From contig PSMU01000001.1 of NCBI GenBank assembly GCA_040290255.1, positions 192,001-256,000 of the forward strand: DNA of 64,000 nt, read 5' to 3'. The notes beneath the pieces were generated by a model that was not told the DNA's origin, did not search any database, and worked only from the letters and a program-made list of their open reading frames with translations. This document shows positions 18,788 through 28,328 of this stretch, piece after piece (position 1 is the stretch's first letter; each line of letters opens with the position of its first letter). The position numbers and the translations under genes are program-made. Source of the DNA: Nitrososphaerota archaeon (GTDB lineage Archaea > Thermoproteota > Nitrososphaeria > PSMU01).

Positions 18788-19664
18788 CCCCTAGGATGCG
18801 CTTGAAGAGCGTCAGGAGCCCCAGGCCCAGCAGGAAGAGCAGGAGCGCGAGAGAGAAGAGCGCGGAGGCCTGCAGCGAGGGGTAGTAAGAGGAGCCGAAC
18901 TGGTTTACGATCAGGGCCGGTATCGTCAGGCCCGGGGCCAGGAGGCTCGCGGAGACGTTGAAGGCCCCGCCCACCGTCATGGCCACGGCCACGGTTTCGC
19001 CCATCGCCCTTCCCAGGGCAAGGGCCAGGCCCCCAAGGACCTGCGCCCTCGTGTAGGCGAGCGTGACCCTGATCGCCTCCCACTTCCCCAGGCCCAGCGC
19101 ATAGACGCCCTCCACCATCGCCCTGGGGGCCTGGGCATAGGCCTCCCTGATGAGCGAGGAGGCGAAGGGCGTGATCATGATGGCCAGGACGAGGCTCGCC
19201 AGCAGGTAGCTGGGCCCGTAGGGCCTGGTGGAGAAGAGCGGGATCCAGCCCAGCTGGCCGTAGAGCCAGCTGAAGAGCGTGCCCTTGAGCAGGGGGGCCA
19301 GGGAGAGGAGCCCCCAGAGGCCGAAGAGCACGGCCGGAAAGGAGGCGATCAGGTCGCCCACGTTCACGAGCACCGGCCTCAGCCAACGCGGCGAGAACTC
19401 GTTCGAGAAGACCGCCATGGAGAGGGCCAGGGGCATGGCCAGGCCCACCGCGATGGCGGTCACCACCAGGCTCCCGTAAATGGCCGCAAACCCCCCGTAA
19501 ACGTCCTCATACGGGCTCCAGCGGTTGCCCAGGTAGACGCCCAGCCCCAACTTTGAGAAGGCCTCCAGCGAGGCGAGCAGGAGCGCGAGCACGATTAGCG
19601 CGATGATGGAAATTAGGAGAAGGGGAGGAAGCGCCAGCGCGTTGAAGCGGGCCCTTGCCTCCAT
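18768..19664 (-). CDS. pstC: Phosphate ABC transporter permease PstC
   Basis: IASFPAVLFGLWG, LAIMITP and LGRAMGETVAV motifs. Confidence 0.93.
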   Translation of the reverse strand: MEARARFNALALPPLLLISIIALIVLALLLASLEAFSKLGLGVYLGNRWSPYEDVYGGFAAIYGSLVVTAIAVGLAMPLALSMAVFSNEFSPRWLRPVLVNVGDLIASFPAVLFGLWGLLSLAPLLKGTLFSWLYGQLGWIPLFSTRPYGPSYLLASLVLAIMITPFASSLIREAYAQAPRAMVEGVYALGLGKWEAIRVTLAYTRAQVLGGLALALGRAMGETVAVAMTVGGAFNVSASLLAPGLTIPALIVNQFGSSYYPSLQASALFSLALLLFLLGLGLLTLFKRILGGGGGAG

Positions 19665-19698
19665 CCCGCCGCCGGCCCGATGCTCATGCCTTTCTGCC

Positions 19699-20904
19699 TT
19701 ACGGCCAGAGCAGGAGATCCCTGACCGGCCTACCCTGGTAGCTCAGCGCGGCGTTCACCTGCTCTAGGAGCCTGCTGGCCAATGGGCTTGGCAGCGGGAT
19801 ATAGCCCTGCAGCACGATGCTATCGCTCTGGCCCGCGGTGAGGAGATACCGAAGCCAGAGGTATACGGCCGCGGCCTCCATGATGTTCGAGTAATGAGCC
19901 TTGCAGATGAGATAGCTGAAGGTGACAATGGGATAAGAGGAGTGGCCCGGCAGGTTCATGAAGAACGAAGTATAGTTGGACCAATCGGCGGTGATGCTGG
20001 GCAGGCGGCTCAGGTTCGCGCCGTTGAGGGCAGCGGCGACCGTTTCGCGGCTGGCGAAGACGGGCAGCCCGTCATGGTTGATGAGCTGTGCCGAGGGGAG
20101 GCTGCTGGCCGCGGCGTACTGATATTCCACATATCCTATCGAGAAGGGCGTCTGCTGCACCAGCGCGGCGACGCCTTCATTCCCCTTCCCGCCCAGGCCC
20201 GTGCCCAGCGCATCGACGGGCCAGCGCACTGTGAAGCCCGTGCCCACGCCGCTCCCCCTCCACTCCTCGGAGACCCCGTATAGGTACGTGGTGAAGGCGG
20301 CCGTAGTGCCGCTGCCGTCGCTCCTGTGGACCGCTATTATGCTCTCATGGGGCAGCGCGGTGCCCGGGTTGAGCTGCTTTATCCTCGGGTCATCCCAGAA
20401 GGAGATCCTGCCCAGGTAGATGGCCGCGAGCGCCTCGCCATTGAGGATAAGGGGGCTTGAGAGGCCCGGAAGGTTGTAGATGACCGCTATGCTCCCCACG
20501 ATGACGGGGACCGTGATTATGGAGCCGTAAAGCCTCACGGCCTCCTGGTACTTCTCCTTGGTCAGGGGGACATCGGAGGCGCCGCAGGTGTAGGTTCCTT
20601 GGAGAAAGCCGGAGACGCCGGCCCCGCTGCCCACCGAGCTGTAGGAGACAGGGATGCCCGCATAGTTCCAGCGGCTCACCCAAACTTGCATCTGCGGGTT
20701 AATGAAGCTCGCGCCGCCCATGACGAGGTTATACGAAACCTTGGAGGGGGCTATCCTGTCGGAGGGCGCGGGGCTCGATCTTGCCAAAAGTGAGTAAGAG
20801 ACCGCCGCGGCCGCGGTAAGGATGAGCACGACGGCCACCAGAGCTAGCCTGGAGATTCCCTTCACGGCCAGCCTCCCGGCCCCCCTGATATAAGCAAGTC
20901 GCAT
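19699..20904 (-). CDS. pstS: Phosphate ABC transporter substrate-binding protein
   Basis: GGASFINP, SVGSGAG, GASDVPL, HRSDGSGTT, GKGNEGV and YPIVTFSY motifs. N-terminal membrane anchor; the start may be slightly downstream. Confidence 0.94.
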   Translation of the reverse strand: MRLAYIRGAGRLAVKGISRLALVAVVLILTAAAAVSYSLLARSSPAPSDRIAPSKVSYNLVMGGASFINPQMQVWVSRWNYAGIPVSYSSVGSGAGVSGFLQGTYTCGASDVPLTKEKYQEAVRLYGSIITVPVIVGSIAVIYNLPGLSSPLILNGEALAAIYLGRISFWDDPRIKQLNPGTALPHESIIAVHRSDGSGTTAAFTTYLYGVSEEWRGSGVGTGFTVRWPVDALGTGLGGKGNEGVAALVQQTPFSIGYVEYQYAAASSLPSAQLINHDGLPVFASRETVAAALNGANLSRLPSITADWSNYTSFFMNLPGHSSYPIVTFSYLICKAHYSNIMEAAAVYLWLRYLLTAGQSDSIVLQGYIPLPSPLASRLLEQVNAALSYQGRPVRDLLLWP

Positions 20905-20964
20905 GTGAAACTAGTAAATTCATTTCTGAATATATTTATTAGGCGCTGATATATACCAAGGCTC
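20905..20964. promoter_or_regulatory. AT-rich divergent promoter region between pstS and the regulator
   Basis: Very AT-rich 60-bp spacer (GAATATATTTATTAG, GATATATAC) between divergent genes in a GC-rich genome. Confidence 0.65.
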
Positions 20965-22035
20965 ATGAGCGAGGAGGGGGAGCTCAGGAGGCTGCAGCGC
21001 TCGGGCAGGTCTTCGTACATCTTGGTCCTGCCCAAGAGATGGGTGGAGGAGGCTCGGCTGAAGGAGGGCAAGAGCGTATATGTGGCCAAGCAGGCCGATG
21101 GCTCGCTGCTGATATCGCCCTATGGGCCCCTCTCGAAGCCCTCGATGGGCGAGGCGCAGATAGAGCTTAGGCAGGGCGACGACGCCAACGCCATCATCAG
21201 GAAGATCATTTCGGCGTATCTGCACGGCTACAGCGCCTTCTACGTCAGGGCCAAGGGGGCGAGGCTAGGGCTCGCGCAGCGGATGACCGTGAAGGAGACG
21301 ATCCGAAGGTACCTGATAGGGGCCGAGGTCGTCTCGGAGTCGGCCGAGGGCGTGGTGGCGCAGGTGCTGGTCAGCTACCCGGAGCTGGACGTGGAGGGGG
21401 CGCTGCGAAGGATGGCCCTCATAGCGCGGAATATGCACAAGGATGCCCTCGATGCGCTGAGGAGGCTCGACAGGGAGCTGGCCGAGGCCGTCATAAGGGC
21501 GGATGATGAGGTGGATAGGTTCGCGCATTACGTGGACAGGCAGCTGAACTTGGCCGTACAGCTCCACGGCCTGCTGAGGGAGCTGGGCCTCAGGTCGCCG
21601 AAGGACTGCCTCAGCTACAAGCTGATAGCGAAGAGCGTGGAGAGGGTCGCGGACCACGCTTCACAGCTGGCCTCCATAGGGCTGAGCCTAAGGGAGGGGC
21701 TGAGCCCGAAGCTGCTCGAGGCCCTCGGGCAGCTGAGCGAGGGCTCGCTGGAGGTCTTCGGCGGGGCGATGGAGGCCCTGTACAAGAGGAGCTATGAGGC
21801 GGCGGAAAGCATCGTGGGCGCCGCGAAGAGCGTCGCGCGCCAGGGCGAGCAGGCCATTGCGGAGCTCAGCCTGGGCGAAACGGACCTGCGCTGGGCCCGC
21901 GTTATACTGGAGCATATAAGGCGCACGGCCGAGTATGCGAGCGATATAGCCGAAGCGGTGCTGAACCTGACGGCCGAGGGCATCGTCGTGAAGGCGCTCG
22001 GGCCGAGGGAGCAGGCCCTAGCGCGGGGCCCCTAG
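20965..22035 (+). CDS. AbrB-domain / double-PhoU phosphate regulator
   Basis: N-terminal RRLQRSGRSSYILVLPKRWV (AbrB/SpoVT), IISAYLHGY, and two PhoU repeats (DDEVDR, ERVADHA, RRTAEYASDIAE). Confidence 0.9.
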   Translation: MSEEGELRRLQRSGRSSYILVLPKRWVEEARLKEGKSVYVAKQADGSLLISPYGPLSKPSMGEAQIELRQGDDANAIIRKIISAYLHGYSAFYVRAKGARLGLAQRMTVKETIRRYLIGAEVVSESAEGVVAQVLVSYPELDVEGALRRMALIARNMHKDALDALRRLDRELAEAVIRADDEVDRFAHYVDRQLNLAVQLHGLLRELGLRSPKDCLSYKLIAKSVERVADHASQLASIGLSLREGLSPKLLEALGQLSEGSLEVFGGAMEALYKRSYEAAESIVGAAKSVARQGEQAIAELSLGETDLRWARVILEHIRRTAEYASDIAEAVLNLTAEGIVVKALGPREQALARGP

Positions 22036-22151
22036 GCCCTCTCTTTGGCGCCAGCGCAGGGTCACCATGGCGAAAGCTCAGCCAACCATGGCCGCCAGGG
22101 TCCTAAAGGAGAGCCCACAGCTAATTAACCCGCGAGGTAGGCCTTGGCGGC

Positions 22152-22943
22152 TTGGTGCTGGTATCGCCCCAGCTGGTAAAGGAGAAGGTAAAGGGGAACA
22201 CGAAGCTGGAGAGGGCGCTGCAGTTCCTGGAGCAGGACGAGGAGGTGCAGGCCTACCTCAACCTCTGCAACGACATGGTCGTGAAGCGGCTCTTCTATAA
22301 TGACCACGGGCCCGTGCACTCGCGGATCGTAGCTGGCGCGGCGCTGGAGATCCTGGAGCTGCTGAACGGGGCGGGCATAAGGCCCTCTATCATGGTGGAG
22401 GGCGGCTACGGGCTAGAGGATGCCCAGCTGGTCGTCCTGCTCGGCGCCTACCTGCACGATATTGGCAACATGATACACAGGGACTTTCACCACGTGACGG
22501 GCACCTACCTGGCCCTGGGCCTGCTGGGCCGCTGCCTGCCCCAGCTCTACGAGGATAGGAGGAGGATGTACAAGGTGCAGCAGGAGGTGCTGCACTGCAT
22601 CCTTGCCCATGACGAGTCGCTGAGGGCGCTCACCGTGGAGGCGGGCGTGGTGAAACTCGCGGACGGCACGGATATGGCCGAGGGCAGGGCTAGGATACCC
22701 TACAGGGCGGGCAAGTCGGACATTCACTCGGTCTCCGCCCTGGCCATCAGGCGGGTGGACATAGTCAGGGGCGAGGAGAGGCCGATAGAGGTGGTGGTGA
22801 ACATGGACAACGAAGCGGGCCTCTTTCAGGTGGAGGAGGTCTACGGCAAGAAGATCGCCACCTCGGGCCTGGCCCAGTACATCCTGGTCAGGATGATGAA
22901 GGAAGGGAGGCTCTTCAAGGTCTTCAGGCTGGACAGACATTAG
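22152..22943 (+). CDS. HD-domain phosphohydrolase (COG3294-like)
   Basis: YNDHGPVHSRIV, LHDIGN, ADGTDMAEGRAR and DIHSVSA motifs. Confidence 0.88.
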   Translation: MVLVSPQLVKEKVKGNTKLERALQFLEQDEEVQAYLNLCNDMVVKRLFYNDHGPVHSRIVAGAALEILELLNGAGIRPSIMVEGGYGLEDAQLVVLLGAYLHDIGNMIHRDFHHVTGTYLALGLLGRCLPQLYEDRRRMYKVQQEVLHCILAHDESLRALTVEAGVVKLADGTDMAEGRARIPYRAGKSDIHSVSALAIRRVDIVRGEERPIEVVVNMDNEAGLFQVEEVYGKKIATSGLAQYILVRMMKEGRLFKVFRLDRH

Positions 22944-22973
22944 GGATAAAAGGGCGCCTCCGCCAAAACGCCC

Positions 22974-23708
22974 GTGCAGGCGGCCGAGGTGTCGGTGGTG
23001 ATCTCCGAGCGCAGCTTCTCGCCGCGAAGGCCCTATCTTGTGGTGGGGGTGCCCGAGGCGGGGCTGGTGGGCTCCATAGCCGCCTCCTACATGGCCCAGA
23101 GGCTGGCGCTGCCCGAGGTGGGCTACCTGGACTCCGACCTCTTCCCTCCTATCGTCGTAGTTCACGACGGCGAGCCCCGTTCCCCCTTCAGGATCTTCGG
23201 CAGGGAGGACCTAGTAATCGTGAACGCGGAGGTGCCGGCCTCGCCCGAGCTCTACTCGCCCATCGCCCAGGCGCTCACCGCATGGGGGCGGGACCTTCAG
23301 AGCCCGCTGATGATAGGCATGACGGGCCTACCCTCCAGGCAGCGGCTCGAGGTGGAGAGGCCCAGGGTCTTCGCGCTCAGCAGTTCGCCCGAGGTGAGGG
23401 AGAGCTTCAGGAGGGCGGGGAGCGAGGCCTTCCAGGAGGGCTTCTTGGTGGGCTTCTACGCGCAGCTGATGAGGGCCTGCCTTAAGGCCGGCCAGCCTAA
23501 CCTCACGCTCCTGGCCGAATCCCATCTGCAGTTCCCCGACCCGGGGGCGGCGGCGGGCATCGTGGCCCAGCTGAGCGCCTACCTCTCGCTGGGCCTGGAC
23601 GTGAGCCCCCTCATCGAGGAGTCGGAGCAGATAAGGCTTCGCACGAGGGAGCTGATGAACAAGACACTGGAGAGCATGTCGAAGGTCGCCTCCGGACTGT
23701 ACGCATAG
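22974..23708 (+). CDS. PAC2-family proteasome assembly chaperone homolog
   Basis: G.P..GLVGSIAASY, FPPIVVV..G and FPDPGAA motifs. Confidence 0.88.
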   Translation: MQAAEVSVVISERSFSPRRPYLVVGVPEAGLVGSIAASYMAQRLALPEVGYLDSDLFPPIVVVHDGEPRSPFRIFGREDLVIVNAEVPASPELYSPIAQALTAWGRDLQSPLMIGMTGLPSRQRLEVERPRVFALSSSPEVRESFRRAGSEAFQEGFLVGFYAQLMRACLKAGQPNLTLLAESHLQFPDPGAAAGIVAQLSAYLSLGLDVSPLIEESEQIRLRTRELMNKTLESMSKVASGLYA

Positions 23709-23712
23709 AGGC

Positions 23713-24126
23713 ATGAGCCAGGAAGAAGGAGCCCCTAGGAGGGTGGAGAGGATGATGGAGGAAGCATATGGGGGCATCAGCTCGGACCTCTGCGAGCCTT
23801 CGGAGGGCTGCCTAAAGCCGCTGTACAGGATAGAGGTCGATGAGAACTACGTCACCGTGACCTTCGATATGCCGGGCGCGAAGAAGGATGAGATAAGGGT
23901 GAGCGCGACCGAGGAGATGCTGGCCGTGGAGGCCAGGCTCGTCGAGCCCGTGGCGCTGATGATGGGCGGTCCGCTTCAGAGAAAGGTGAGCTTCACGAAA
24001 TACATGAGGAGGATAAGGCTGCCGGCGAAGGTCGACCCGGAGAGGGCCTCCGCCACCTACAGCAAGGGCCTGCTGTCGATAAGGTTCCCCTTAGAACGAG
24101 GGGGCAAGGCCATCAGCATCGAGTAG
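23713..24126 (+). CDS. Small heat-shock protein (Hsp20/alpha-crystallin)
   Basis: DMPGAKKDEI and IRLPAKVDPERASATYSKGLLSIRFP motifs. Confidence 0.9.
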   Translation: MSQEEGAPRRVERMMEEAYGGISSDLCEPSEGCLKPLYRIEVDENYVTVTFDMPGAKKDEIRVSATEEMLAVEARLVEPVALMMGGPLQRKVSFTKYMRRIRLPAKVDPERASATYSKGLLSIRFPLERGGKAISIE

Positions 24127-24156
24127 CTGGCTTAACGGGAGGCGGGGCGGGGGCAA

Positions 24157-24268
24157 TAGCGGGGGTTCTCCCCTGCGGCTACAGGTGTGGATTTGAATTC
24201 GGCGCCCTAGGCTCCACCGACCTCCGGGTTATGAGCCCGGCGGGGTAACCTGGCTCCCCTACCCCGCT
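24157..24268 (-). tRNA. Initiator tRNA-Met(CAT) with two non-canonical introns (53/54 and 64/65)
   Basis: Reverse complement AGCGGGG...CCGGG CTCATAA CCCGG AGGTC GGTGG[16 nt]TTCAAATCCAC[21 nt]CCCCCGCTA. It has an A1-U72 pair and three G-C pairs next to the anticodon loop, the initiator hallmarks. Introns are at 24198-24213 and 24166-24186. Confidence 0.92.
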
Positions 24269-24308
24269 GGCGCCCAAGCGGGCCCCCTCTAATATAGGCC
24301 TTTCGGTG

Positions 24309-24788
24309 CTACTCGCTTATCAGGCGCACCCTCCCGTGGTCCATCTCATACCTCAGCAGCAGCGCATACCTGCCCCATTCGACGATCCAGAGGAAGAGCC
24401 TCTCGGGGTCCACGTCGGGCATCTCCCGCCTGAGCAGGGCCAGGAGCAGCTCCTTCTGGACCTCGCCATCCTTCTTGGAGATATAGCCCAGGACCTGCTT
24501 GAAGGGAGGCAGCGCGGCCAGGATCCTGTTGAGGAGCCTCTTCCTGCCCCTCGAGTCACAGGAGAGCAGTTTCTTGCCCTTATCGGTGAGCTCCAGGTCC
24601 CCGTCGCTCACCTTCAGCAGGCCCAGGAACTCGGCCGCGTTCACGACGGGCAGGAGGCTGTCGACGGACATCACCAGGTCGTTGGAGACGAGCGCCATGT
24701 CCACCCTGCCGCCGTAATCCTCGAGCACCTCAAGTAGCCCTATGACCTGGCCGATATGCACGGAGGAGATCGAGGGGATGTCGGCCAT
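24309..24788 (-). CDS. Stand-alone AAA-associated domain protein (C-terminal domain of NitT/TauT ATPases)
   Basis: GLLEVL, LLPVVNAAEFLGL...GDLELT and IVEWGRYALLLRY motifs. Directly downstream of the ATPase. Confidence 0.82.
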   Translation of the reverse strand: MADIPSISSVHIGQVIGLLEVLEDYGGRVDMALVSNDLVMSVDSLLPVVNAAEFLGLLKVSDGDLELTDKGKKLLSCDSRGRKRLLNRILAALPPFKQVLGYISKKDGEVQKELLLALLRREMPDVDPERLFLWIVEWGRYALLLRYEMDHGRVRLISE

Positions 24789-24853
24789 CTTGCTGGTTCT
24801 TCCTGATGCTTCGCTTCAGCGCTTAATTAACTTTAACCGTGGCGCGCCCATAG

Positions 24854-25633
24854 CTATACGGGTCCCAGCGCGGGCCCTCCCGCGAGCAGGGAGGTGACCT
24901 CATCGGCGATCGCGTACAGCTCCTGGCTCTTCGGGTCCCTGGGCCTCTTGAGCGGCACGGGCACCTCCTTGAGGATCGTGCCGGGCCTGGGCGTCATGAC
25001 CAGGATGCGGTCGGCCATGTACACGGCCTCCATGATGTTATGTGTCACCATCAGTATGCTGCTGGGGGGCCTGCTCCTATCCTCCCAGAGGTCCAGCACC
25101 TCCTCCCTCAGGTGAGAGGCGGTGAGCACGTCGAGGCTGGAGAAGGGCTCATCCATCAGCAGGACCTCGGGGTCCGAGACGAGCGCCCTAGCCAAGCCCA
25201 CCCTCTGCTTCATGCCCCCCGACAGCTCGCGCGGGTAGGCCTCCTCAAACCCCTCAAGGCCCACGAGCCTTATAGCCCTGAGGGCCCTCTCCCTCCTCTC
25301 CTCCTTGGAGAGGGGCTTGCCCTCCAGGCCCAGCTGCACATTCTCATACACGGTGAGCCAGGGAAAGAGGGCGAAGTTCTGAAAGACGAAGGCCATCTCG
25401 CCGCAGACGCCCTGCACGGGCCTGCCCTTATAGTACACCGCCCCCTCGCTGGGCTGCACCAGCCCTATGATGATCCTGAGCAGCGTGGACTTGCCGCAGC
25501 CCGAGGGCCCTATGATGCAGACGAACTCGTTCTCCTGCACGGCCATGTTCACATGCTCGAGCACCACCAGCGGGGGCTGGCCGGGCCTATAGTAGGCCTT
25601 CGTGACGTTCTCCACCAGCACCAGGGGCGCCAA
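24854..25633 (-). CDS. NitT/TauT-family ABC transporter ATP-binding protein
   Basis: GPSGCGKSTLLR, FQNFALFPW, YPRELSGGMKQRVG and DEPFSSLD motifs. Confidence 0.93.
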   Translation of the reverse strand: MAPLVLVENVTKAYYRPGQPPLVVLEHVNMAVQENEFVCIIGPSGCGKSTLLRIIIGLVQPSEGAVYYKGRPVQGVCGEMAFVFQNFALFPWLTVYENVQLGLEGKPLSKEERRERALRAIRLVGLEGFEEAYPRELSGGMKQRVGLARALVSDPEVLLMDEPFSSLDVLTASHLREEVLDLWEDRSRPPSSILMVTHNIMEAVYMADRILVMTPRPGTILKEVPVPLKRPRDPKSQELYAIADEVTSLLAGGPALGPV

Positions 25634-25643
25634 GGGCGCTCAC

Positions 25644-27290
25644 CTACGCCTCGAGCTTGTAGCGGGCCAGCGCGAACCTATATATCCGCTTCCATGCCAG
25701 CCTATTCAGCGCCAGCACGGTGAGCACCATGGCCCCAAGGCCGGCGAGCAGCAGGCCGTTGTTGCCCATCTCCAGCGCGGCCGTGCTCAGGAGCGAGCCT
25801 ATGCCCGGCAGGCTCACGACGCCCCTGCCCGTGACGATGTACTCCGATACGATCAGCGTGTTCCATCCTCCTCCCCACGCCGTTATGCTGCCCGTGACCA
25901 GCGAGGGCAGCGAGGCGGGGAGGATGAGCCTGGTCCAGAGCCTGAGCCCCCTGAGCCCATAGACGCTGGAGGCCTCGCGCAGCTCGTTGGGTATGGAGCT
26001 GATGCCGCCCAGCAGGTTGAACAGGATGTACCACTGCATGCCCGTCATCGTCAGCAGCACGGAGACGAGCCAGTAGCCGCCGGGCAGGTAGGGCGCGACC
26101 AGCGTGAACAGCGGAAAGAAGGCCGTGGCGGGGATCGAGGCCAGGACCTCCGCCGTCACGCTGAGCGCGTAGAGTCCCCCGCTGCCCCTTTGGCTCAGCC
26201 AGGCCACGAGCGGGAAGGACCAGGCCAGGCTGAGCGCAAAGGCCGCCGCGAGCCGGGCGAGCGAGTAGAGGATGTAGAGCGGCATCTGGCGCAGCAGGGC
26301 CGAGGCCCTAGGGTCCGCCAGCTGGGCCGCCAGCAGCGAGAGCTGAAGCTTCAGTTGCAGGAGGAGCTGCGGGGCCAGGGCTATGACGAGCGCGGGGAGG
26401 GTTACCGTGGCCCCCAGCGCCAGCGCCCTGAGCAGCCTTACTTGGGGCTGGAGGCGCCCCCAGGAGGGCCTGATCGCCCTCCTGAGCAGCGCCGCGCGCG
26501 GCGGCCCATGCCTCCAGGAGAGGGAGGAGAGGACCCTGAGCCTTGCATGCCTCCTCAGCCAGGCGAAGGCCGAGATGTGGAAGAGGTAATAGCCCGAGGC
26601 CCTTTCGTGGGCCACGGCCTCCTGCACGAACCTTTCCGCATACGCGCGGAGCGGCAGCCAGAAGAGCAGCTCCACGAGGGCCAAGATGAGGAGCAGGGCG
26701 GCGAGCCCCAGCAGGTACCCGCCGAAGTCGCCCGCGAAGGTGGCCTGGGCCAGGTAGCTGCCCAGGCCGGGCAGCCTATAGCTGGTGGAACCGAGCGTGA
26801 TGTATTCGGCGGCGATGAGGAAGAACCATCCGCCGGCCCATGACATAGTGCCGTTGTAGACGAGTTTGGGCACGGCGGCGGGGATGAAGAGCCGGCGCAG
26901 CTTCTGCAGGAGGGAGAGGCGGTAGACCTTTGCGGCATCCTCGAGCTCGGAGGGCAGTGCGCTGACGCCCTCATATACGGCGAAGGCCAGGTTCCAGGCC
27001 ATGGAGGTGAAGATCAGGAAGATGGCCGCCAGCTCGAGCGCCAGGCGCGCGCCCTGAAAGGCGCTGATGAGGAAGAGGATGGCCACGGGAAAGAAGCCCA
27101 GGATGGGCACCGACTGGAGCACGTCCAAGATGGGCAGCAGCACCCTCTCGGCCGCCTTGCTCCTCGCCGCGAGGACGCCGTAGGGGATGGCGAAGGCATA
27201 CGAAAGCGCCAGGCCCGCGAACATCCTGAACAGCGAAAGGGCGGCATAGGCCAGCACGGCGCCCAGCGCCTCCAGCAACTCTAGGGACAA
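25644..27290 (-). CDS. NitT/TauT-family ABC permease with two fused TM domains
   Basis: LDVLQSVPILGFFP and SWAGGWFFL in the first half, repeated as ASIPATAFFP and TAWGGGWN in the second half. Confidence 0.9.
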   Translation of the reverse strand: MSLELLEALGAVLAYAALSLFRMFAGLALSYAFAIPYGVLAARSKAAERVLLPILDVLQSVPILGFFPVAILFLISAFQGARLALELAAIFLIFTSMAWNLAFAVYEGVSALPSELEDAAKVYRLSLLQKLRRLFIPAAVPKLVYNGTMSWAGGWFFLIAAEYITLGSTSYRLPGLGSYLAQATFAGDFGGYLLGLAALLLILALVELLFWLPLRAYAERFVQEAVAHERASGYYLFHISAFAWLRRHARLRVLSSLSWRHGPPRAALLRRAIRPSWGRLQPQVRLLRALALGATVTLPALVIALAPQLLLQLKLQLSLLAAQLADPRASALLRQMPLYILYSLARLAAAFALSLAWSFPLVAWLSQRGSGGLYALSVTAEVLASIPATAFFPLFTLVAPYLPGGYWLVSVLLTMTGMQWYILFNLLGGISSIPNELREASSVYGLRGLRLWTRLILPASLPSLVTGSITAWGGGWNTLIVSEYIVTGRGVVSLPGIGSLLSTAALEMGNNGLLLAGLGAMVLTVLALNRLAWKRIYRFALARYKLEA

Positions 27291-27346
27291 GCCGCTCGCT
27301 GCCCGCGGTTTGCGCCGGGCTTTATACGCCTACCGCGCCCGTGAGG

Positions 27347-27871
27347 CTAGGCGCGGGGCCTCAGCTTTAACTCCTTCTCGATCTCGGCGATCCTGGCGCC
27401 CAGCGCCCTTACCATCTCGCTGTTGTCGACCTGCTGCAGCACGTTGCCGCAGGTGGGGCAGGTGTAGAAGGAGTCGATCGCCTCCTCCTCCTCGAGCACG
27501 GGGTGGCCCTTGGCGCCGCAGTGGTAAAACCTATGCTCGCTCTCATACCTGAGCCTCTCCCTCAGCCTCATCAGGATCTTATGCTTCTGGCCCTCGATAT
27601 AGCTCTCGACCTGATCCCTGTCGGCCTTCCACCTATAGATCGTCCACCCCTTCTTGGGGTCCTTGGTCCTGATGCCCTTTATCAGCGTGCGGCCGTGCAG
27701 GTCGTAAAGGATCCTCCTGACCGCGTTGATCTTAAGGCCCGTAGAGCTGGCGACCTCCTCGTCCGTGACGCCCTCCGTGGAGAGCAGCGCGCGGGCCACC
27801 TTCACATACTCATCGCCCCCCAGGATGCTGCAGAGCTTCACGAAGCTGTCCTCGAACTCTACCTTCGACAA
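27347..27871 (-). CDS. tfe: Transcription factor E (TFIIE-alpha homolog)
   Basis: Winged helix TDEEVASSTGLKINAVRRILYDL, GW..YRW, and a zinc ribbon FYHC...H...YTCPTCG. Confidence 0.92.
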   Translation of the reverse strand: MSKVEFEDSFVKLCSILGGDEYVKVARALLSTEGVTDEEVASSTGLKINAVRRILYDLHGRTLIKGIRTKDPKKGWTIYRWKADRDQVESYIEGQKHKILMRLRERLRYESEHRFYHCGAKGHPVLEEEEAIDSFYTCPTCGNVLQQVDNSEMVRALGARIAEIEKELKLRPRA

Positions 27872-27896
27872 GGCCGTTTACTCGCCTCCTGTTCGT

Positions 27897-28328
27897 TTAA
27901 GCTTTGCGCTTCTCCTTGAGCAGGCCCTCGAGATAGGAGCCGTAGCCCCGCGCGTCGAGCAGCTGGGTTAGCTCGGCCTCAAAGCCCTCCCGCAGCTCCA
28001 GGGCCGCGATCCACCCCTGCTCATAGGGCGAGGCGTTGATGAGCTCGGGCCTGCTCGTGAGGGCCTGGTTCACCTCGAGCACGATGCCCGAGAGCGGGGC
28101 ATAGACCTCCCCCACGGCCTTCACGGACTCCAGCGTGGCGACCACATCGCCCTGCTTCACCCTGTCGCCGGGCCTGGGCAGCGAGACATAGACGATGTCC
28201 GTGAGCTCCTTCGCGGCGTAGTCCGTGATGCCCAGGTACGCCCTGCGCCCCTCCACCCTCGTCCACTCATGTTGCTTTGTGTAGAGAAGGCCCTCCCTTA
28301 TTCTGTAGCCCTTCACGAGGCGCTCCAA
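27897..28328 (-). CDS. gcvH: Glycine cleavage system H protein
   Basis: YTKQHEW, GITDYA, lipoyl-Lys in LESVKAV, and INASPYEQGW. Confidence 0.95.
   Translation of the reverse strand: MERLVKGYRIREGLLYTKQHEWTRVEGRRAYLGITDYAAKELTDIVYVSLPRPGDRVKQGDVVATLESVKAVGEVYAPLSGIVLEVNQALTSRPELINASPYEQGWIAALELREGFEAELTQLLDARGYGSYLEGLLKEKRKA

Noticed and set aside
25602-26843. 413-aa plus-strand ORF (likewise 33612..34877, 7666..9003 and 9441..10397)
   Set aside because: These are antisense shadows of well-supported genes.
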